Below, in pieces: positions 17,660-24,300 of a stretch of DNA of 32,000 nucleotides (position 1 is its first letter; each line of letters opens with the position of its first letter). The notes beneath the pieces were generated by a model. The model was not told where the DNA came from. It saw nothing but the letters and a program-made list of their open reading frames with translations, and did no database searches. Made by a program: the position numbers and the translations under genes. Source of the DNA: Bellilinea caldifistulae (GTDB lineage: Bacteria; Chloroflexota; Anaerolineae; Anaerolineales; Anaerolineaceae). Where the stretch lies: positions 1-32,000 of the forward strand of contig NZ_LGHJ01000004.1 of NCBI RefSeq assembly GCF_001306055.1, in the 5' to 3' direction.

Positions 17660-18371
17660 TATTGAACTTGCAGCGATTGACTGGTTGAACCAGCATAAAA
17701 AATTGGCTGAAAATCAGAAGAAGCCGCTGGTTACACTCAGCTATGCCCAAACGCTGGATGGAAGCCTGACCATTCGGCGGGGAAGACCGATTGGTTTGAG
17801 TGGGCCTCAGTCCCAACGCCTGACTCATCGTTTGCGTGCCAGCCATGATGCCATTCTGATCGGGATTGGGACGGTGCTTTCCGACGATCCCCAGTTGACT
17901 GTGCGATTGGTGAAGGGAAAAAACCCGCAGCCGATCATTCTGGACTCTCGGCTACGAATTCCCCTTGAATGTCAATTGCTGCGCCGTCAGGATTGTAAAG
18001 TCTGGGTGGCCTGTGCCGTTACGGCTGAAGAAACTCGACAACGAAGATTGCTTCAACGTGGGGTTGAATTGATCCCTTTACCGCGCCGCGGTGATCGCGG
18101 ATTGGATTTAGAAAAATTATTGCAAGAATTATGGCAGAGAGGGATTGAATCAGTGATGGTAGAGGGAGGAGCGAAGGTCTTAACTTCGTTTCTCACCGAA
18201 AGGCTGGCAGATTTAGCCGTGATCACAATTGTTCCGCGCTGGCTGGGCGGTGTGAATGTGATCAGTCATCAGCGGGCGTCGGATCAATTGCCTTCGTTGA
18301 ACCATGTCCGCTATGAAGTGTTTGGCAGGGATGTGGTGGTATTCGGTGATCTGGATTGGTCGGAGCGCTAA
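17643..18371 (+). CDS. RibD C-terminal-domain-type pyrimidine reductase (no deaminase domain)
   Basis: About 242 aa from ATG 17643, overlapping the ribA stop by 17 nt. It carries PLVTLSYAQTLDGSLT, HRLRASHDAILIGIGTVLSDDPQLTVR and MVEGGAKVLTSFL motifs of the RibD/RIB7 reductase fold. No CMP/dCMP-deaminase zinc motif is present. Confidence 0.8.
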   Translation: MEIIPDIELAAIDWLNQHKKLAENQKKPLVTLSYAQTLDGSLTIRRGRPIGLSGPQSQRLTHRLRASHDAILIGIGTVLSDDPQLTVRLVKGKNPQPIILDSRLRIPLECQLLRRQDCKVWVACAVTAEETRQRRLLQRGVELIPLPRRGDRGLDLEKLLQELWQRGIESVMVEGGAKVLTSFLTERLADLAVITIVPRWLGGVNVISHQRASDQLPSLNHVRYEVFGRDVVVFGDLDWSER

Positions 18372-19403
18372 ATGAAGCGGCAGGTTTTGGTTCACCGGTC
18401 AGTCCGGAAAGTTGAGGTTGTAGAAGAAGATTGTCCTTCTCCGGCTGAAAATGAAGTGCTGGTTCAAACCCGTTTCAGCGGAATCAGCGCCGGTACGGAA
18501 GCAATGATCTATCAGGGACTGTTTCCCGAACATCTCAGTCTGGACGAGAATCTGGCAGCTTTGAGGGGAGAATTCCAGTATCCTTTCCGATATGGGTATT
18601 GCTGTGTGGGAGAGATTATCGAATGTGGCAAAGGGATTTCTCCCGCATGGCTGGGCAGGCGGGTATTTGCATTTTATCCTCATGCCAGTCATTTCACAGT
18701 TTCATGGGATGACTTAATCCTCTTGCCGGATACCCTGCGGGATGAAGATGCGGTGTTTTTGCCAAACATGGAAACTGCGGTCAATTTTCTTCAGGATGGC
18801 AAGCCCTTGCTGGGCGAAGCCGTCCTGGTGTTTGGTTTGGGGATGGTGGGCTTGTTGACTTGTGCTTTACTGGGGCAGTTTCCGCTGGGATTTTTGGGTG
18901 GATTGGACCTGTTCCCTTACCGACGACAGATTGCCCTCAGCCTTGGCGCGGATATTGCCCTCAACCCTGTTGAATTTCCGCAAACCGGATTGCTCCGTCA
19001 GGCGCTTGAATCGGCCGGTTTACCCAACACTGGCGCAGACCTGGTTTATGAACTGAGTGGTAACCCAGAGGTGATCAATCAGGCGATTGAGGTGTGTGGA
19101 TTCAACAGCCGGATGATCATCGGTTCCTGGTACGGTAAGAAAACGGCTTCTCTGGCATTGGGTGGAGCGTTTCATCGCAACCGAATCAGCATCTCTTCCA
19201 GTCAGGTCAGCACAATTGATCCATCGCTCATCGGACGATGGGATAAACGGCGCCGTTTTGAGGTGGTATTTGAACAGCTGGAGAAAGTCAAACCCGGTAA
19301 CTGGATCAGCCATCTTTTTCCGTTGTCTGAGGCCGATCAGGTGTTTCAATGGCTGGTTGATTCGCCCGAGCAAGTATTACAAGCGGTTTTTACATATCGG
19401 TAA
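18372..19403 (+). CDS. medium-chain dehydrogenase/reductase (MDR) family oxidoreductase, zinc-ligand-less (BchC-like subgroup)
   Basis: 343 aa. It has a GroES-like N-domain with SGISAGTE in place of the GxCxSD zinc motif, and GYC in place of GHE. The Rossmann motif is VFGLGMVG. The ATG directly abuts the stop of the previous gene (TAAATG). Confidence 0.75.
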   Translation: MKRQVLVHRSVRKVEVVEEDCPSPAENEVLVQTRFSGISAGTEAMIYQGLFPEHLSLDENLAALRGEFQYPFRYGYCCVGEIIECGKGISPAWLGRRVFAFYPHASHFTVSWDDLILLPDTLRDEDAVFLPNMETAVNFLQDGKPLLGEAVLVFGLGMVGLLTCALLGQFPLGFLGGLDLFPYRRQIALSLGADIALNPVEFPQTGLLRQALESAGLPNTGADLVYELSGNPEVINQAIEVCGFNSRMIIGSWYGKKTASLALGGAFHRNRISISSSQVSTIDPSLIGRWDKRRRFEVVFEQLEKVKPGNWISHLFPLSEADQVFQWLVDSPEQVLQAVFTYR

Positions 19404-20349
19404 GGTGATCGGCGGGTTGGCGTGTGGGTAAATGGGGTGGGTGATCAGCGGAGTTCTTGATTTTTTCGATTGTTCGCTCGTAGAGCGGGCGAATCTGATC
19501 CATTAAGTGACGGGTGATTTCCTCCGGGCGGCGGTAAACAGCCAATGGACGGGTGTCAATTGGGGGAAGGAGATCAACCTGAACATCCACCGGCCACAAT
19601 GCTGGGAAAAGTTCGCGCATCAAAATTTGCAGAGTGGCTGCCAGACGGCGTTTGTCTTCTGGCCGGCGGCGGAGCAGCGTGAGAGGGTGGCGCAAAGAAG
19701 GCGCTGCAATCACACCACTGACCAGCACCGGCAGGATCGGCAAACCGGGAACGAGCCGCACAAACAAGCCGGTACTGATTGACCAATCATCCAGGGAATC
19801 GAGCGTACCCGGCAAAACTTTCGGGTCGGGTTCAATTTTTCCGCCGGGAAAGGTCAGCACAGCCCCGCCAGCCCGCAGATGAGCAGCGGCTTGACGAATC
19901 ACCTCGCCACGTTGGTGTTCTGCTTCTGGAACAAAGAATAAGTAGCGGCTGGTGGCCGGCAAAGCCCGCAAAAAGGGACGTTCGGCTGCCAGAACGCGTA
20001 AATCGGAACGCGGCAAGGCTGCAAACAGGGCGAGCGTATCTGCCATGCCGGGATGATTGGAGAGGATTAAAACTGGCCCGCTGTGGGGAAGATATTCCTG
20101 ACCGCTCACGTTCAGGGAACGGACATATTCGGGGAGCATTCTCCGTGAACCGGCATTAAGACCACCCGAAGCAACCTCGCGGTCAAATTCGAGTACATGG
20201 CGGGTAAACTTGCGGGCCGGATAGTCGAATAAACGTCGGGCAATCTGACGTGCCAGAGGTCGCTTTTCAATGCCGAAGGAAATCAACATATCCTCAATGT
20301 TGATTTCCACCAAAGTTTGTTCACTGGACTGATCATCAGCCATGATCAT
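19390..20349 (-). CDS. lysophospholipid / 1-acyl-sn-glycerol-3-phosphate acyltransferase family protein (PlsC-like)
   Basis: 319 aa. It has the HX4D block (LSNHPGMAD) and an FPGGKIEPD block resembling the FPEGTR motif. Its 3' end overlaps the convergent MDR gene by 14 nt. Confidence 0.78.
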   Translation of the reverse strand: MIMADDQSSEQTLVEINIEDMLISFGIEKRPLARQIARRLFDYPARKFTRHVLEFDREVASGGLNAGSRRMLPEYVRSLNVSGQEYLPHSGPVLILSNHPGMADTLALFAALPRSDLRVLAAERPFLRALPATSRYLFFVPEAEHQRGEVIRQAAAHLRAGGAVLTFPGGKIEPDPKVLPGTLDSLDDWSISTGLFVRLVPGLPILPVLVSGVIAAPSLRHPLTLLRRRPEDKRRLAATLQILMRELFPALWPVDVQVDLLPPIDTRPLAVYRRPEEITRHLMDQIRPLYERTIEKIKNSADHPPHLPTRQPADHLTDM

Positions 20350-20416
20350 GTTAAGATTATAGTAGATTTGCTGATTGCTTTGGGCTGAGTCATCTTTTTG
20401 TAAAAGGAGTGAAACT

Positions 20417-20794
20417 ATGTACCGGGTCGGTGTGCTGAGGGATTTTATTGCCCAGCATTATCTGATTGGCGGGGATTGGGGAGCAGAAAATCAACTTCAT
20501 TCGCATCCCTATCGCCTCGAATTGGAATTGAGCGGAAAGCAGCTCGATCAACATCAATATCTGGTGGACATCGTGGCGATTGAGCAGGCTCTCGACCGCC
20601 TGATTGCTTATTACCGCGATCATACCTTGAATGATCTGCCGGAATTTGCGGGGATCAATCCATCTCTGGAGCATTTTGCTCGCGTGTTGTGTGAATCGTT
20701 GGCTCAGCAGTTTCTGCATGGGGCGGTCGAGCGCATTTCTGTCAAATTGTGGGAAAACTCACTTGCCTGGGCAGGGTATGAGGTAAACCGCTAA
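20417..20794 (+). CDS. 6-pyruvoyl-tetrahydropterin synthase / QueD (COG0720) family protein, non-canonical (no catalytic Cys)
   Basis: 125 aa from ATG 20417, preceded by AAAGGAG (20403-20409). The zinc-ligand pattern is F.AQH(14)...LH(28)SH(30). Glu24 sits where QueD/PTPS carries the catalytic Cys. The mid-protein motif is TLNDLPEF..INPS.E. Confidence 0.75.
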   Translation: MYRVGVLRDFIAQHYLIGGDWGAENQLHSHPYRLELELSGKQLDQHQYLVDIVAIEQALDRLIAYYRDHTLNDLPEFAGINPSLEHFARVLCESLAQQFLHGAVERISVKLWENSLAWAGYEVNR

Positions 20795-21883
20795 GTGAGA
20801 GTTGGGCTGATCATTTACGGGGAGTTAAGTACCCTGTCCGGGGGGTATCTGTACGACCGTAAATTGGTGGAGTATCTGCGGAGTCAGGGAGATGAGGTGG
20901 AGATCATCTCTCTGCCCTGGCGGGATTACCTGCGACATTATCAGGACAATTTCAACCCCGCCTTCCGAGAACGTCTGCGACAATTGCGGGTGGATGTGCT
21001 GCTGCAGGATGAACTCAATCATCCTTCTCTTTTTCTTCTAAACGTAAATTTGAAAAAGACGGTTCGTTACCCGCTGGTGAGCATTGTCCATCACTTGCGC
21101 TGTAATGAACAACACCCCTCTTTATTGCGGTGGTGGTATCGGCAGGTTGAAAGAATTTATCTGAATTCTGTGGATGGTTTTATTTGCAATAGCCGGACAA
21201 CCCTTGAAACGGTGGAAGGGCTCATCAAAAATCCAAAACCTGCTGTGGTTGCAACTCCCGGCGGCGATGCTTTGCCTTTAAAAACCGTGCCCCATTCCAT
21301 TCCGCATAACCCAAATGCGGTGGTGCAATTTTTGTTTGTTGGGAACTGGATCCCCCGGAAGGGCCTGCATATCCTGTTAGAGGCATTACAACCCCTGAGC
21401 TCGCAATCATGGCGGTTATCGTTGGTGGGCAGAACGAACTTGATGCCATCCTATGAGCGGAAGATTCGCCATCGAATTGCCGCAAGCGGCTTGAGCGAGA
21501 AAGTGCACATTCATGGAGCAGTCTTGAATGAGGATCTGGTTCGGTTATGGCAATCCGCCGACGTGCTGGTAGTCCCATCTCAGTATGAGGGGTTCGGAAT
21601 TGTCTATCTGGAAGCGATGCGCTTTGGGGTGATCCCAATTGGCGGGAAAGACGGGGCAGCCGGGGAAATCATCCAATCGGGGATCAATGGTTTTCTTGTT
21701 CGGCCCGATTCTCCAGCAGAGTTGAGTAATCTTTTGGCGACCTTAATCGCCGATGCGAGTCTGCGGAATGCTATTAAACAAGCCGCCCGCCAGCGGTATG
21801 AGCAATTCCCCGCCTGGCAGCAGAGCATGGCAGCGGTACGCCGGTTTTTGATCGAGAATTTTTTGGGTAAAACATGGAGTTAG
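20795..21883 (+). CDS. GT4-family (GT-B, group 1) glycosyltransferase
   Basis: 362 aa. It has an E-x7-E region (PSQYEGFGIVYLEAMRFGVIPIG) and a typical GT4 C-terminal domain. The GTG start immediately follows the PTPS-like stop. Confidence 0.85.
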   Translation: MRVGLIIYGELSTLSGGYLYDRKLVEYLRSQGDEVEIISLPWRDYLRHYQDNFNPAFRERLRQLRVDVLLQDELNHPSLFLLNVNLKKTVRYPLVSIVHHLRCNEQHPSLLRWWYRQVERIYLNSVDGFICNSRTTLETVEGLIKNPKPAVVATPGGDALPLKTVPHSIPHNPNAVVQFLFVGNWIPRKGLHILLEALQPLSSQSWRLSLVGRTNLMPSYERKIRHRIAASGLSEKVHIHGAVLNEDLVRLWQSADVLVVPSQYEGFGIVYLEAMRFGVIPIGGKDGAAGEIIQSGINGFLVRPDSPAELSNLLATLIADASLRNAIKQAARQRYEQFPAWQQSMAAVRRFLIENFLGKTWS

Positions 21884-21886
21884 AAA

Positions 21887-22801
21887 ATGGAATGGTCGTT
21901 TGTCCGATATTTAGCCGCTAAGAAGTCAGTGGATGATCGGGCGCTCAATCGGCAGGTCTGGGAGTCGCTGAGACGGGAAATCGAGCATAAGGCCGACTCG
22001 CAGCCGCTTAGAGTGCTTGAAGTGGGCATGGGCATCGGCACGATGTTTCAACGGATGCTGGAATGGGGATTAGTAGAACAGGCGGAGTATATTGGCATTG
22101 ATGCTGAAAGTGAAAATATTGCCGTTGCCAATCGCATTATTCCGTCATGGGCAAAGGAGCAAGGCTGGAATGTGCAAGGTTTGGATTTTCAACAATCTGC
22201 AAAACCCAGACACGATGGGGTGGCTTATGGCTTTTTGAAGGCTGATTTGTTCGATTTTTTGCAACAGCCTCGCTGGCAGAATTATTTTGATCTGGTGATT
22301 GCGAATGCTGTGCTGGATGTGGTGGACGTTCAGGCTGTTTTGCCAATGATCAACAACAGCCTCAAACAGGGTGGAATGGGCTACTTTTCGATCAACTTCG
22401 ATGGGATGACGGCTTTTGAGCCGTTGATTCATGCTGCCCTGGATGAGCAAATCATTCGTGTGTACCATCAAAGCATGGACGAGCGGCGCATCAACGGTAA
22501 GCCTTCAGGTGGCAGTCGGACGGGACGGCTTCTTTTTTCGGTGTCAGGTCAGGCAGGTTTTGACATTTTGGATGCCGGATCATCGGATTGGGTGGTCTTT
22601 GCGCGCGGTGGTCAATATCCGGCTGATGAGGCTTATTTTTTGCATTTCATTCTGCATTTCTTTGAGGAAACCATTCCGCGCTACCCGCAAATTGACCCAG
22701 GCGATTTTCAAGAGTGGTTGAGGATTCGCCATGCCCAAATACAGAGGGGAGAACTGGTTTTTTTGACCCATCAAATGGATTTCCTGGTACAAAAACGATG
22801 A
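21887..22801 (+). CDS. class I SAM-dependent methyltransferase
   Basis: 304 aa. Motif I is VLEVGMGIGTMF, with an acidic post-I residue (IGIDAE) and a motif II-like DLVIANAVLD. It starts 3 nt after the GT4 gene. Confidence 0.8.
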   Translation: MEWSFVRYLAAKKSVDDRALNRQVWESLRREIEHKADSQPLRVLEVGMGIGTMFQRMLEWGLVEQAEYIGIDAESENIAVANRIIPSWAKEQGWNVQGLDFQQSAKPRHDGVAYGFLKADLFDFLQQPRWQNYFDLVIANAVLDVVDVQAVLPMINNSLKQGGMGYFSINFDGMTAFEPLIHAALDEQIIRVYHQSMDERRINGKPSGGSRTGRLLFSVSGQAGFDILDAGSSDWVVFARGGQYPADEAYFLHFILHFFEETIPRYPQIDPGDFQEWLRIRHAQIQRGELVFLTHQMDFLVQKR

Positions 22802-23256
22802 AGCTCGATCTATTTCCTTCCACAGGGGGAAGTTATATTTTGGTGCTGCGGCTGACCAATGCTGTGGAAATTTTGGTTGGTAAGTCAGGACGAATTCCAT
22901 TTCCGGCTGGTGTTTATTTTTACTGCGGTTCTGCGTTGGGCAGCGGCGGTTTAAGAGGGCGGTTGAAGCATCATTTCAAACCTCGTACTTCTCCACACTG
23001 GCATATTGATTACCTGCGTCCCCACAGTGAGATTGTCGAGGTGGTCTTCTCACAGGGCGATGAGCGGTGGGAGTGCTGGTGGACGCAATTTTTGTTGAGG
23101 CAACCTACTGCTTTTATACCGGCAGGCGGTTTTGGGGCTACGGATTGTCGGAATGACTGCCCGGCTCACCTGATTGGTTTTTCGGAAACTCAAATTCCGA
23201 AAATTTTAAGAAATTTCACCCTTGCGTGGAATTGTCAACGCCTACCCATGGAATAA
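22798..23256 (+). CDS. DUF123 / GIY-YIG nuclease superfamily protein
   Basis: 152 aa from ATG 22798 (ATGA overlap with the methyltransferase stop). GVYFYCGSALG..GLRGRLKHH......PHWHIDYL matches the DUF123 signature as I remember it. The longer ORF-track start (22714) lies inside the methyltransferase gene. Confidence 0.65.
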   Translation: MKLDLFPSTGGSYILVLRLTNAVEILVGKSGRIPFPAGVYFYCGSALGSGGLRGRLKHHFKPRTSPHWHIDYLRPHSEIVEVVFSQGDERWECWWTQFLLRQPTAFIPAGGFGATDCRNDCPAHLIGFSETQIPKILRNFTLAWNCQRLPME

Positions 23257-23278
23257 AAATTGTGGTATAAGAAAGATA

Positions 23279-23456
23279 ACCCTGCTGTGTTCGTGATGCA
23301 GCACGACCGGTTTTGAGCCAACACCAATTAAGAGGGTTCCAATATCACTTGAGTGACGCGATAGACTTCGGTCAAGGCGGATCTCGGTGGAGGATCCCAT
23401 ACCTGCGAATGCAGGTTCAAAACTACGCAGCACACGGCACGGCGGGGGGTTTTTTT
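23279..23456 (+). ncRNA. candidate structured small RNA of about 175 nt with 6S-RNA-like architecture
   Basis: An own extended -10 (TGgTATAAG, 23263-23271) precedes it. The 5' end (23280-23299) pairs with the 3' end (23427-23447) over about 19 bp including G-U pairs. A second helix is 23310-23316 / 23417-23423. A 17-nt single strand (23317-23333) lies opposite a small hairpin (23401-23416). A long terminal stem-loop (23334-23398) is capped by C(UUCG)G at 23366-23371. It ends in T7 (23450-23456). No convincing ORF is present. Confidence 0.5.
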
Positions 23457-23489
23457 ATCTCCTGTTGCTCAGCGGCATGGAGATTTTTT
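23457..23489 (+). terminator. second (backup) intrinsic terminator after the sRNA
   Basis: ATCTCC (23457-23462) pairs with GGAGAT (23479-23484). An inner TGC/GCA pairing is possible. T5 follows (23485-23489). Confidence 0.5.
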
Positions 23490-23490
23490 G

Positions 23491-23519
23491 TTGACATCCC
23501 TCCTCAATCGGACTACACT
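23491..23519 (+). promoter_or_regulatory. sigma70-type promoter for the FHA-domain gene
   Basis: Consensus TTGACA (23491-23496), 17-nt spacer, TACACT (23514-23519). AGGAG SD lies at 23541-23545 and the ATG at 23554. Confidence 0.6.
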
Positions 23520-23553
23520 ATGAATAGTTCAATCGCCAAGAGGAGATGAAAAG

Positions 23554-24186
23554 ATGGCTGCCCGATATCAACTGGTACTCAAGTCCGGGCCGAATGCGGG
23601 TCTGACCTACCCTGTGGAGGGTGATCTAATTTCTATTGGAAGAGATGCCAGTAACATGCTGGTGGTCAATGACCCGGAGGTTTCACGCCGGCATGCGCGT
23701 ATTTACCGGCAGGGCGAAGGGTATTATCTCGAAGATCTTGGATCTACCAATGGAACGGCGGTTAATGGGGTCAGGCTGGAAACGGCTTATGCCCTTCAGG
23801 GCGGGGAGTTGATCACACTTGGGGAAAATACCCATCTTCTCTTTGAAGCGCTTGAGCTTGACCCGGATGCGACCATTGCGGCGGTGCGTAGTTCTCTGCT
23901 GGAAGAGGAAGCCGAACCGCAGACGGCGTATGAGCCGGTAATGACAAGCCCTCCCCCGATACCGGGTAGCTTTACCGGTCAGGTGCCGCAACCGGCGGCT
24001 GTTCAAAAAAGCACCCAGACGGCAAAAAAGAAACTGTCTCCTCTGATGATTGTTTTAATCGTTGTGGTGATTGTGCTGGCTTGTGGTTGTATTGCTTTTG
24101 CAATTTTTGATGCCTTGAATTTGTACTGCACCTCGCCATTCAATACGATTACCAATCTTTTCATACCGGGAGCTTGCCCTCCCTAG
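23554..24186 (+). CDS. FHA-domain protein with Pro-rich linker and C-terminal TM anchor
   Basis: 210 aa. The FHA core is ISIGRDASNMLVVNDPEVSRRHARIYRQGEGYYLEDLGSTNGTAVNG. The TM segment is LMIVLIVVVIVLACGCIAFAIF, near the C-terminus. Confidence 0.85.
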   Translation: MAARYQLVLKSGPNAGLTYPVEGDLISIGRDASNMLVVNDPEVSRRHARIYRQGEGYYLEDLGSTNGTAVNGVRLETAYALQGGELITLGENTHLLFEALELDPDATIAAVRSSLLEEEAEPQTAYEPVMTSPPPIPGSFTGQVPQPAAVQKSTQTAKKKLSPLMIVLIVVVIVLACGCIAFAIFDALNLYCTSPFNTITNLFIPGACPP

Positions 24187-24194
24187 AACGAAAA

Positions 24195-24283
24195 GGGTTT
24201 CAATTCAATGACCTTCCAGCAGGGGCTCCAAGGGGTTGATTGTGGATTTGCGGGCTTGCTCTGGTACAATTGAATTGAAGCCC
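24195..24283. repeat. 15-nt inverted repeat bracketing the FHA / AI-2E-transporter intergenic region
   Basis: GGGTTTCAATTCAAT (24195-24209) versus ATTGAATTGAAGCCC (24269-24283). 14 of 15 positions are complementary and the exception would be a G-U pair in RNA. The right arm overlaps the TGgTACAAT extended -10 at 24262-24270. Confidence 0.6.
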
Positions 24284-24300
24284 AATCTGGACATTTGTCA

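Noticed and set aside
23313-23549. 78-aa ORF spanning the sRNA locus and the FHA promoter.
   Set aside because: It has a non-ATG start and no SD. It runs through two terminator-like T-tracts and a consensus promoter. The region is better explained as a structured RNA plus regulatory DNA.
23554-24186. FHA-domain protein as part of a Ser/Thr kinase or type VI/VII secretion signalling module.
   Set aside because: No kinase, phosphatase or secretion genes are present in the window. The neighbours are an sRNA locus and a transporter, so no system-level claim is supportable.
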